Below are positions 39,719 through 48,627 of a stretch of DNA of 64,000 nt, in pieces. The notes under the pieces were generated by a model that worked only from the letters and a program-made list of their open reading frames with translations, had not been told where the DNA came from and did no database searches. A program made the translations under genes and the position numbers. The DNA is from Candidatus Bathyarchaeota archaeon (GTDB lineage: Archaea; Thermoproteota; Bathyarchaeia; Bathyarchaeales; Bathycorpusculaceae): positions 288,001 to 352,000 of the forward strand of contig OY969706.1 of the NCBI GenBank assembly GCA_963702095.1. The letters run 5' to 3'. Each line of letters starts with the position of its first letter. The first letter of the stretch is position 1.

Positions 39719-41230
39719 TTACTCTCCTGCCATTTTAACGCCCAAGATCCCTAGCTCCTGCTTGGTTAAGCCGACGCCTCGAAGTGCAAGTCGGTTGCCG
39801 CGGAGGCTTTCTATGGCGTTTATGCCCATGCCGCCCATCATGTCTTTAATTTCGTGACTCCAACTGTGCAGCATGTTGATTAGGCGTTGGGATGCAACTT
39901 CGGGGTTGACGCGTTTGCCAATCCAGGGATCGCTTGTGGTGATGCCCCATGGGCATTTGCCTGTGTAGCAGCGTTGGCAAACTGTGCAGCCGATGGCGAC
40001 AAGCGCCGCTGTGCCAATGTAGACTGCGTCGGCGCCCAAAGCGATGGCTTTGAAGACGTCTGAGGCACTTCGGATGCCGCCTGCAGCGACGATGGAGGCT
40101 CGGTTGCGGATGCCTTCGTCTCTTAGGCGCTGGTCAACCTGTGCCAATGCGAGTTCGATGGGTATGCCGACGTTGTCACGGATGGTTTTGGGTGCTGCAC
40201 CGGTTGCGCCGCGGACGCCGTCCATGGCAACGATGTCTGCGCCTGCCCGTACAATACCGCTTGCTATTGCGGCGATGTTGTGGACTGCCGCGACTTTGAC
40301 GCTGACGGGTTTGGTGTAGTTGGTGGCTTCTTTGAGGGCGTAGATGAGTTGGCGGAGGTCTTCGATTGAGTAGATGTCATGCTGTGGGTAAGGCGACAAT
40401 GCGTCGGTGCCCGTTGGTATCATGCGGGTTTTGGCGACGGGTTCGGTGACTTTTTCGCCTGGCAAGTGGCCGCCGATGCCTGGTTTGGCGCCTTGACCGA
40501 TCTTGATTTCGACCGCTGCTCCCGCGTTAAGGTAATTGGGGTGAACGCCAAATCTGCCTGAAGCAACCTGAACGATGGTGTGGTCGCCGTATTGGTAGAG
40601 GCTTTGGTCTAAGCCGCCTTCGCCTGTGTTGTAGTAGGTGCCGCATTCGCTGGCTGCCCGCGCCAAAGCTGCGTGGGTGTTTAGGCTAATGGCGCCATAG
40701 GACATGGCGGAGAACATAACGGGGGTGTCGAGGCAAAGCTGCGGGGCAAGCTGTGTTTTGAGTTCTGGGGCACCGTTTTCGTAGTTGATGTCAAGTTTGT
40801 CGGGTTTGGCTCCGAGGTAAGTGCGGATTTCCATGGGTTCACGCAGTGGGTCGATGCTGGGGTTGGTGACTTGGCTGGCGTTTAGCAGCAATCTGTCCCA
40901 GTAGGTGAAGGCGGGTTTGTCGTTGCCCATGCCTGTGATTTGGACAGTGCCTGTTTCGGCTTGTTTTTTGAGGTCGCGGATGGCTTCGGCTGTCCAGTTG
41001 GCGTTTTCACGGTTTGCGTTGGGGTTCTTTTTGATGGTTATGGCGTTTGTTGGGCAAAACGTGACGCAGCGTTGGCAGTTGACGCAGTTGGCATCTTTGC
41101 TAACTATGCTGTCTGTTTCTGGGTCGTAGCTGTGGGTTTCATAAGTGCATTGGTTAACGCAGACTTTGCAGCGTATACAACGATTAGTGTCGCGTTCGAC
41201 GAGGAATTCGGGAATTAAGTATGTTTTCAT
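39719..41230 (-). CDS. Glutamate synthase FMN-binding subunit with N-terminal 2x[4Fe-4S] domain (GltB2)
   Basis: AMSYGA, NTGEGG, QVASGRFGV, KIGQGAKPGIGGHLPG.KV, HDIYSIEDL, C.VCQRCYTGKCPWGI. Confidence 0.95.
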   Translation of the reverse strand: MKTYLIPEFLVERDTNRCIRCKVCVNQCTYETHSYDPETDSIVSKDANCVNCQRCVTFCPTNAITIKKNPNANRENANWTAEAIRDLKKQAETGTVQITGMGNDKPAFTYWDRLLLNASQVTNPSIDPLREPMEIRTYLGAKPDKLDINYENGAPELKTQLAPQLCLDTPVMFSAMSYGAISLNTHAALARAASECGTYYNTGEGGLDQSLYQYGDHTIVQVASGRFGVHPNYLNAGAAVEIKIGQGAKPGIGGHLPGEKVTEPVAKTRMIPTGTDALSPYPQHDIYSIEDLRQLIYALKEATNYTKPVSVKVAAVHNIAAIASGIVRAGADIVAMDGVRGATGAAPKTIRDNVGIPIELALAQVDQRLRDEGIRNRASIVAAGGIRSASDVFKAIALGADAVYIGTAALVAIGCTVCQRCYTGKCPWGITTSDPWIGKRVNPEVASQRLINMLHSWSHEIKDMMGGMGINAIESLRGNRLALRGVGLTKQELGILGVKMAGE

Positions 41231-42348
41231 TACTGTTCACCTTTGATGTTTTTCAGTCGGCAAATTACTGGTTCGCCTCCTCTGGGTGCCCAAAACTTGT
41301 CCAGCACAGGAGTAACTCGCCGCATAGCGGATTCCTCAGACGAGAGGTACATCATGTCGCCTTTGCTGCCCGCAACCATCGGACGCAGTTTAATGCGGTC
41401 GGTTAACCCAATCATTTCATTGCGGTTAGCGATGACGATGCTAAACGGCCCATTCATCAGTAAGCTGCCATATGTTTGGCGTAGCGCCCCCAGTAACGCT
41501 GCCTGTTTGGGTTCCATAGTGTCGATTTCACTCCATAGCGGCGACGCAAACACCTGCGCAACCAACTCCACCGGCAAATGCTGCCGACGCATCAGCAAGT
41601 CCACTGCGTACGCGAGGACTTCAGTGTCAGTTTGCATGGTGCATTTGTAACCGTGCATTTCGAGGAAACGGCGGTTGATGCCGTAGCTGGAGAGTTCACC
41701 GTTGTGGATGACGGTCCAGTCTAAGATGTTGAATGGGTGTGCTCCGCCCCACCAGCCCGGTGTGTTGGTTGGGAACCGGCTGTGGCAGGTCCAGAGGTAA
41801 CCTTGATAGTCGTCTAAGCAGAAGAATTCAGCAACATCCTCTGGGAAACCGACGCCTTTGAAGACGCCCATGTCTTTGCCGCTGCTAAACACGAAGGCTT
41901 TGCCTGTTTCAGTGTTGATGCGCATGACGGCTTCGATGACGTAGTCTTCTTCTGTTTGGTGTTCAGGGCGGCGTTTTTTAGGTTTTACGAAGTAGCGCCA
42001 AACCGTTGGTGGGTTATGGACGTTGGCATTTGGGTTGGTTTGCATTTCTTCGTCGTATACTATTTCGAATCGAGATGCAAGTATATGGTCTGTTTTTTCT
42101 TTAGCGTCTCTACTCAAATACATGATGTGGAATGCATAGTAGTCTTTGAATTGAGGATAGATGCCATACACTGCGAAGCCGCCGCCGAGTCCGTTGCCGC
42201 GGTCATGCATGTTTACCATGGCGCGGACGGGGTCTTTGCTGCCGAATCGGTTGCCAGCGGTGTTCATGGCGGCGTATATGCCGCAGGCTGAGAAGTCTTT
42301 GTCGTCGCCGTAGGGGTTGATTATTGTTTTTTGGTCGTATTGGTTCAT
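41230..42348 (-). CDS. Glutamate synthase class II glutamine amidotransferase subunit (GltB1)
   Basis: ACGI, RGNGLGGGF, HSRFPTNT, HPF, HNGE, TDTEV, DRIKLRP. Confidence 0.93.
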   Translation of the reverse strand: MNQYDQKTIINPYGDDKDFSACGIYAAMNTAGNRFGSKDPVRAMVNMHDRGNGLGGGFAVYGIYPQFKDYYAFHIMYLSRDAKEKTDHILASRFEIVYDEEMQTNPNANVHNPPTVWRYFVKPKKRRPEHQTEEDYVIEAVMRINTETGKAFVFSSGKDMGVFKGVGFPEDVAEFFCLDDYQGYLWTCHSRFPTNTPGWWGGAHPFNILDWTVIHNGELSSYGINRRFLEMHGYKCTMQTDTEVLAYAVDLLMRRQHLPVELVAQVFASPLWSEIDTMEPKQAALLGALRQTYGSLLMNGPFSIVIANRNEMIGLTDRIKLRPMVAGSKGDMMYLSSEESAMRRVTPVLDKFWAPRGGEPVICRLKNIKGEQ

Positions 42349-42350
42349 GT

Positions 42351-43631
42351 TTATTGCGCCACCTTCATTTTCTTCTGTAAACTCGATGGCAACGTGGCTA
42401 AGCTAAAGTCGTCGTCGAGCAGTTTTGCCTTGAACTTTTTGACGTTGACAGCGTTCTTCATGATGTAGAAGCGCACGCCAGCGCCTTCGATGCAGTTTAC
42501 CAGTGTCATGCCGACGATTACGTCGTTTCGCAGCACCAGTTTCTTGTACACCTTCGCCTCTGCATCCATCTTTACGAGGATTTCGAGGGTAGAGTCCTCT
42601 TTGGGGTTAGCTAAACCGATGGAGACGATGGGTATGTTGAAGTATTTGAGGCTGCTCATGTTGGTTCCGCCCTTGTAGATGGCTTTTTGACCAGCCATAT
42701 TGCTGCCTGCAACACGGCCCTCCTCGACTGCTAAGGGCCAAAGGGGTAACTGGCGGTTTTGGCCCAAGATGAAATCGTAGGCTTCCGCTACGTCGCCGCT
42801 GGCATAAACGTCAGGTACGTTGGTTTGCATCGTGTTGTCAACGACTATGCCCCGGTTGACTTTGAGGGGTGTGCCAGTTGCTAAGTCGGTTCTTGGGATG
42901 ACGCCGATGGCAACTATGACTAAGTCAGTGGGTACGGTGTCGCCTTTGGTTAAGACTACGCCGCCGACTGCGCCTTCGTTGCCCTCTTTGCCGATGATTT
43001 TCTGGACAGATTGCCCAGTCATGATGTTGACGCCTGCGGCTTTGACCACGGATTCCACGATGTCAGAGGCTTTGGGGTCAAGGAGTAAGCTGAGAATTTT
43101 ATCCTGCAACTCAACCATCGTCACCTTCAAACCCCGCTTGGTTAAGGCGTCGGTTACGCTTATGCCGATTAAGCCTGCGCCGATAACCACTGCGGACTTG
43201 GCGTTTACGGCGTCAATTTTGGCAGAGAGCTGTTCAGCGTCTTTTATGGTGGTAAACGTGAATACGCCGTCTTTTTCCTGTCCCTCCATCTTGGGCACAA
43301 AGGGTTTGCCGCCTGTGGCTAAGAGGAGTTTTTCGTAGGATATTTTTTCGCCGCTCTCCAAAGTTACGGTTTTTGCCGCTGTATCTATTGCAGCGGCTTT
43401 TTTGCCAAAGATTGTTTGGACATTGCTTCGCACCCAGAAGCTGTCTTCTCGGCACTTCATTTTGGGAAAATCTGCTTTGCCACTGACGTAGTCGCTGATC
43501 ATGGGGCGACTGTACTGGGGGCAGGGTTCATCGGAGATGACTACGAGGGTGCCGATTGGGTCGTCTTCGCATATGGCTTCAACTGCGCCGATGCCTGCTG
43601 CTGAAGCGCCGACTATGACATACTTTGCCAT
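42351..43631 (-). CDS. FAD/NAD(P)H-dependent oxidoreductase (NirB N-terminal / rubredoxin reductase-like)
   Basis: GASAAG, YSRPMI, LLLATGG, GAGLIG, TNVPDVYASGD. Confidence 0.9.
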   Translation of the reverse strand: MAKYVIVGASAAGIGAVEAICEDDPIGTLVVISDEPCPQYSRPMISDYVSGKADFPKMKCREDSFWVRSNVQTIFGKKAAAIDTAAKTVTLESGEKISYEKLLLATGGKPFVPKMEGQEKDGVFTFTTIKDAEQLSAKIDAVNAKSAVVIGAGLIGISVTDALTKRGLKVTMVELQDKILSLLLDPKASDIVESVVKAAGVNIMTGQSVQKIIGKEGNEGAVGGVVLTKGDTVPTDLVIVAIGVIPRTDLATGTPLKVNRGIVVDNTMQTNVPDVYASGDVAEAYDFILGQNRQLPLWPLAVEEGRVAGSNMAGQKAIYKGGTNMSSLKYFNIPIVSIGLANPKEDSTLEILVKMDAEAKVYKKLVLRNDVIVGMTLVNCIEGAGVRFYIMKNAVNVKKFKAKLLDDDFSLATLPSSLQKKMKVAQ

Positions 43632-43632
43632 T

Positions 43633-44076
43633 TTAGCCCCTCACCTCGATGAATACTAGGGCTTGGTTGGGGCAGTTGGCGACGCATGCGGGTTCTTTTT
43701 GGTCTTGGCAGAGGTCGCATTTAGCTGCTACGTGGTTTTCTTTGTCCATTTTTATGGCGCCGTAGGGGCAAACCATGATGCAGGTCCAGCAGCCGATGCA
43801 TTTGTCTTTGTTGTGTTTGACTTCGCCTGTTTTTTCGTCTTTGGTCATGGCGCCGGTTAGGCATGCGGTTACGCAGGTGGCGTCTTCGCAGTGGCGGCAT
43901 TGGATGGCAAAGGAGATGGGTTTGTTGATTTGCCGTTGGATTCGGCTTATGGGTTTGGGTTGTTCGCTGTTGTAGGATTTGATTATGTCTTTGGTTTTTG
44001 AGTGTGCGACGGTGCAGTAGACTTCGCAGAGTCCGCAGCCGATGCAGGCTTCTTGTTTGGCGACTATTTTTTTCAT
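43633..44076 (-). CDS. 4Fe-4S dicluster protein (HycB/CooF-like)
   Basis: Four Cys clusters: CIGCGLCEVYC, CRHCEDATCVTAC, CIGCWTCIMVC, CDLC..PACVANC; start ATG 44076. Confidence 0.92.
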   Translation of the reverse strand: MKKIVAKQEACIGCGLCEVYCTVAHSKTKDIIKSYNSEQPKPISRIQRQINKPISFAIQCRHCEDATCVTACLTGAMTKDEKTGEVKHNKDKCIGCWTCIMVCPYGAIKMDKENHVAAKCDLCQDQKEPACVANCPNQALVFIEVRG

Positions 44077-44347
44077 GGGGTATCCTCTTTTTTTGGGGGT
44101 TGGCGCGGACATGTGAGCATGTGGATGTGAAGTTCCACGTCACTTGTGCAGGAAACACCTTTGCTTATTGTTGATTGATCATTTTTTTTGATTGCTACTT
44201 TACAGGTGTTTAGCGGCATTCTGTATCCTTCTTTAACTTAGAGTGCCCACCTGAATAGCATGTTTTCTATATAACTTTGTTGATAATCATTTATATGAAA
44301 GAACGTGATACACGTAATGTAAATGAATCGTTTACCAGGGATATGCT

Positions 44348-45451
44348 TTGGCAGAAAAAGACCTAGGATATAGAAAAGTCCAATGCACAGGCAGAGGCTC
44401 CTACATCATCTCACTCCCAAAAGAATGGGTCGAAGACATCGGCTTAAAACGCGGCAGCGAAATAGCGTTTAACATCCAACCCGACAACACACTATCACTC
44501 GTACCCAGAAAAATCGCTGAACGCGAAGGCAAAACCGACGCCGACAAACTCAAAGAATACGTCATAAACGTCGACCCCAAAGAAGCCCCCGAATCAGCCC
44601 TACGCATGATACGAGCCCTCTACGCCATAGGAGCCGACATCATACGCATCCACTTCAAAAACCAAAAAGACGCCCCAAAATACAAAAACGACACCAAAAA
44701 CTTTGTGCGCGACACTTTTCTTGGCGCTGAAATCATAGATGAAACCCCCGACGAAATCACCCTCCAAATTCTTATAAAACACAGCGAATTCGGCATAGAG
44801 AAAGCGGTCCGCCGCATGGCAATCGTGGCGCTTGCAGCCAACCGGGACGCAATCGCCTCTCTCACCGACAGCAATCCCTCACTTGTGGAAAGCGTGACAC
44901 ACGCCCGAAACGACGTTAACCGGCTGGGACTCTACATCGTGCGCCAACTCAAATACGGCATCGAACGCAACCTCTACCGCGAACTCGGCTTCCGCACACC
45001 CAAAGAGTTCTTGCTCTACCGCATAGCCGTCAACGATATCGAAAATATCGGAGAAAACGCCCTAAATATCATGAACAACATAAGCGCATTTAGAAAACTC
45101 ATCGACGACGAAACTCTCTTCATAAAAGACCCAATAGACGAAGAAGTGCATGGGCAACTGATGAGCTATTATACGCAGGCACAGCAGTTCTACGAGGACG
45201 CTGTTAAAGCAGTGTTTAAGCGTGACTACAAAGACGCTGAGAAGTTGATTTCGAAGCGGGAAACGTTTGCTGCTTTGGAGATGGAGTTGATGATGTTGAT
45301 TTCGAGCAAGAAGATGGACCCCAATGTGACGGCGATTTTGCGGTTGATTTTTGACAACGCCAAACGCATCATGGACTACGGCAGAAACATGGCTGAGCTC
45401 ACATTAAACCGCACCGTAGAAGAACTCTGCTCAACATTAACCTACAAGTAA
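44348..45451 (+). CDS. AbrB-PhoU family regulator (archaeal phosphate-uptake-regulator type)
   Basis: RKVQCTGRGSYIISLPKEWV AbrB domain followed by PhoU helical repeats (ENIGE, KRIMDY). Confidence 0.88.
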   Translation: MAEKDLGYRKVQCTGRGSYIISLPKEWVEDIGLKRGSEIAFNIQPDNTLSLVPRKIAEREGKTDADKLKEYVINVDPKEAPESALRMIRALYAIGADIIRIHFKNQKDAPKYKNDTKNFVRDTFLGAEIIDETPDEITLQILIKHSEFGIEKAVRRMAIVALAANRDAIASLTDSNPSLVESVTHARNDVNRLGLYIVRQLKYGIERNLYRELGFRTPKEFLLYRIAVNDIENIGENALNIMNNISAFRKLIDDETLFIKDPIDEEVHGQLMSYYTQAQQFYEDAVKAVFKRDYKDAEKLISKRETFAALEMELMMLISSKKMDPNVTAILRLIFDNAKRIMDYGRNMAELTLNRTVEELCSTLTYK

Positions 45452-45472
45452 GCTATACATGTAAGAGAATGG

Positions 45473-45550
45473 TGGTGCTCCGGCCGGGATTCGAACCCGG
45501 GTCCGCGACTCGAGAGGCCGCTATACTTGACCGGACTATACTACCGGAGC
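45473..45550 (-). tRNA. tRNA-Glu(CTC), intron-less, CCA encoded
   Basis: GCTCCGG acceptor stem, anticodon arm GCGGC-CT CTC GA-GTCGC, T-arm CCGGGTTCGAATCCCGG, 3' ACCA. Confidence 0.96.
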
Positions 45551-45716
45551 ACAGTTTTAGCGTACATACAGATTTCTTCTGTATTAATTTACCTTCCTCT
45601 CAAAACAGCCTGATAGAATAGCAAACCGTAGGTCAGGTCAGCCAATTAGACTTTTTTTGGGTTTTATGGCTGAATTTTTAAGGCAGAACCTACCACTCTT
45701 CTGGGGAGGCATCTGC

Positions 45717-46151
45717 TTGGAAACTGAGCAAGAACTCAACGCGTCAACCTTTCAAACCTACGTTTACCTCGTCAAAACAGGCAAACCCGTGGGCCCCAGA
45801 GATGTCATGCGGGGCGCCAACCTCAGCAGCCCAAGCGTCGCCTACCGCAACCTACAGAAACTCGTTGATTTAGGCTTGGTCGTCAAAGACAACTATGGCA
45901 ACTATGTGGTTAAAGAAAAAGTCGGCATGAAAGGCTACGTTTGGGTGGGTAAAACGTTGATTCCAAGCTTCGCCGTGTTAGGTTTAATCTTCGTCGGAGT
46001 GTTGATTGGGGAAATAGCGGTTTTGCTGCCGCACCTGTTCTTGGGTGCTTCCGTGGAGGAGTCGTTTTGGCTTTTGATGGTGGTGACGGCGGTGGTTGCC
46101 TCGATTTTCATGGTGTTAACTTGGAAAAACAGAAATAAATCTAAAACTTGA
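45717..46151 (+). CDS. Winged-helix DNA-binding protein with two C-terminal TM helices
   Basis: YVYLVK..KPVGPRDVMR...LSSPSVAYRNLQKL..LGLV; TTG start after a GGAGG motif. Confidence 0.8.
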   Translation: METEQELNASTFQTYVYLVKTGKPVGPRDVMRGANLSSPSVAYRNLQKLVDLGLVVKDNYGNYVVKEKVGMKGYVWVGKTLIPSFAVLGLIFVGVLIGEIAVLLPHLFLGASVEESFWLLMVVTAVVASIFMVLTWKNRNKSKT

Positions 46152-46192
46152 AAACGAAACAAAAATTAAAATAAAGGAAAGTTAGGGGAAGC

Positions 46193-47842
46193 TTATTCTT
46201 CGCCCATACCGCCCGGCATTCCGCCTGGGCCACCTGGACCGCCTTTTGGAGATTTGGCTGTGATTACATCGTCTATGCGTAGAATCATAGCTGCGGATTC
46301 TGAAGCTGATTTGATTGCTTGTTCTTTGACCATGATTGGTTCGATGACGCCGTTTGAAATGCTGTCTTGGAGTTTGCCCGTGTAGATGTTTATCCCCATG
46401 AATTTGCCGTTTTCTTTGTCGTGGACCTGCCGTAGCTCAACGAGGATGTCGATGGGTTCTAAACCTGCGTTTTCTGCGAGGGTGCGTGGGATGACTTCGA
46501 CTGCATCTGCAAAGGCTTCAACTGCGAGTTGTTCGCGTCCGCCGACTTTGGTTGCGTATTTGCGGAGTTCTTTTGCGATTTCGATTTCGATGGCGCCGCC
46601 GCCTGGAACAATCTTGTTGTTCTCGATTACGTCGCTAACGACTGAGAGTGAGTCAATCATTGCGCGTTCGGCTTCGTCAACCATGCGTTCGAGTCCTGCA
46701 CGGATGAGGATGGCTACACTGTGAGGGTCTTTGCATTTCTCGACGAAAATCATTTTGTCGTCGCCGATTTTGCGTTCCTCCACTAAACCTGCAAATCCAA
46801 GGTCGGTTTTCTTGAGGTCGTCAAGGTCGCTAACGATTCTGCCGCCTGTGGCGCGTGCAAGCTTCTCCATGTCTGATTCTTTTACGCGTCGGGCTGCGAT
46901 GATGCCTTCTTTGGCTAAAAAGTGCTGGACCATGTCGTCGATGCCTTTTTGGCAGAAAATCACGTCTGCGCCAGAGGCTTTGACTTTTGAGACCATGTCT
47001 TGCAGCATGTCGGTTTCTTGGTCAAGGAAAGCTTTCATCTGAGATGGGTCTTTGATTCTGATTTCAGCTGTTATCTCGGTTTTCTCGATTTCTAATGCTG
47101 AGTCAAGAAGCGCAATTTTTGCCTTTTCCTTAGTTTTTGGCATGCCGGGGTTTACGACTTCTTTGTCTATGATGATGCCTTGGATAAGTTCGGTTTCAAG
47201 GAGGCTTTTGCCTGTTTTCTTGATCAATTGGATGTTGTCTATGTCAGCGATTGTTTTGTCTCCCCGTTGCTCCGCGATCTGTTTTACCGCTTCGATGCTG
47301 ATTTCTGCAAGGTGGTCTTTTGCTCCGCCGACTGCTTTGCTGCTCATGCTGGTTAAGGCTACTTTGAGGAGTAGTTTTTTGTCGTTGGTGTCAAGGGGCA
47401 CTGCGGTTTTGTTGATGACTTCGATGGCTTTAACTGAGGCTTTGCGGAAGCCACTGACAAGTATTGTTGGGTGAATGTTTTGGTCGAGGAGTTCCTCGGC
47501 TTTTTTGAGAAGTTCACTGGCTATGACTACTGCGCTGGTGGTTCCGTCGCCGACCATGTCGTCTTGGGTCTTTGCGATTTCAACCATCATTTTTGCCGCT
47601 GGATGTTCAACGTCGATTTCTTTGAGGATAGCTGCCCCGTCGTTGGTGATTGTGATGTCGCCTAGGCCGTCGATGAGCATTTTATCCATGCCCCGTGGAC
47701 CTAAAGTGGTTTTTAATACTTCACCGATTACTCGGGCTGCCATAATGTTGTTTCGTTGGGCTTCTTTTCCTCTGCTGCGTGTTGTTCCTTCTTTGAGGAT
47801 GAGGACTGGCTGTCCTGAACCTGTTGTTGTTAAATACGCCAT
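46193..47842 (-). CDS. ths: Thermosome (group II chaperonin) subunit
   Basis: TTLGPRGMDKM, TNDGA, GDGTTS, GGGA.E, GGM tail. Confidence 0.97.
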   Translation of the reverse strand: MAYLTTTGSGQPVLILKEGTTRSRGKEAQRNNIMAARVIGEVLKTTLGPRGMDKMLIDGLGDITITNDGAAILKEIDVEHPAAKMMVEIAKTQDDMVGDGTTSAVVIASELLKKAEELLDQNIHPTILVSGFRKASVKAIEVINKTAVPLDTNDKKLLLKVALTSMSSKAVGGAKDHLAEISIEAVKQIAEQRGDKTIADIDNIQLIKKTGKSLLETELIQGIIIDKEVVNPGMPKTKEKAKIALLDSALEIEKTEITAEIRIKDPSQMKAFLDQETDMLQDMVSKVKASGADVIFCQKGIDDMVQHFLAKEGIIAARRVKESDMEKLARATGGRIVSDLDDLKKTDLGFAGLVEERKIGDDKMIFVEKCKDPHSVAILIRAGLERMVDEAERAMIDSLSVVSDVIENNKIVPGGGAIEIEIAKELRKYATKVGGREQLAVEAFADAVEVIPRTLAENAGLEPIDILVELRQVHDKENGKFMGINIYTGKLQDSISNGVIEPIMVKEQAIKSASESAAMILRIDDVITAKSPKGGPGGPGGMPGGMGEE

Positions 47843-48061
47843 ATGTTATCCCTACTGTAGTAGAATCTTGTTTAATTCGGAATATTGCAAAAAGTAAACA
47901 GAAATATAAACTTTAAGGCTTATCGAGAGCACTTGTGGGTTTTGACTGTTTTCCTAAGGGCACAACGGTTCTATACAGAGACTACGATGGAGGCGGGCTG
48001 TAACGTAGTTGTTGTTGCAAGTGTTTTTAAGAAGCCCTTACCCCTAGCAGTATAGCCGGCA

Positions 48062-48526
48062 ATGAGCATGAAGACGTTAATCATCTGTTTCTCATATCAC
48101 CACCAAAACACTCGGAAAATAGCTTCCTCCATCGCAGGTGTTCTCGGCGCCGAAGTTAAAGCGCCACAAGATGTTGACCCAGCTATGCTTTCGGGCTACG
48201 ATTTGGTCGGTTTCGGCTCAGGCATCTACATGGGCAAACACCACTCGTCACTACTGGAGTTGGCTGATAAGCTACCGCAAACCAATGGTCAGAAAACGTT
48301 TGTTTTCTCCACCAGCGGACAACCCAACAACGGCGAAAAACTGCATCGGAAACTACGGGAGAAACTACAAGCCAAAGGCTATAGCATCATCGGCGAATTC
48401 AACTGCCCCGGATACGACACCTACGGAGCATTGAAAATCTTAGGCGGCGTCCAGAAAGGGCACCCAGACGAAGCGGACTTAAAAGCGGCGGCATCCTTCG
48501 CGGAGTCGCTTAAGGATAAGGCGTAA
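48062..48526 (+). CDS. Flavodoxin family protein
   Basis: SYHHQNTRKIA, YDLVGFGSGIY, GHPD..D. Confidence 0.88.
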   Translation: MSMKTLIICFSYHHQNTRKIASSIAGVLGAEVKAPQDVDPAMLSGYDLVGFGSGIYMGKHHSSLLELADKLPQTNGQKTFVFSTSGQPNNGEKLHRKLREKLQAKGYSIIGEFNCPGYDTYGALKILGGVQKGHPDEADLKAAASFAESLKDKA

Positions 48527-48627
48527 CCGTTTTTTCTCTAAGAGGAAGGGTGCTATTAGCTGTTTTTGCAGTCATCAGTATTTTGAAAAAAGCGGGCAAA
48601 AGGGAAAAAGGGTTGTGGGTGGACGGT

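Noticed and set aside
45470-45475. Genomic CCACCA at the tRNA-Glu 3' end, and the tRNA as an integration site
   Set aside because: The second CCA is most simply trailer sequence; I found no duplicated tRNA 3' fragment or integrase in the window.
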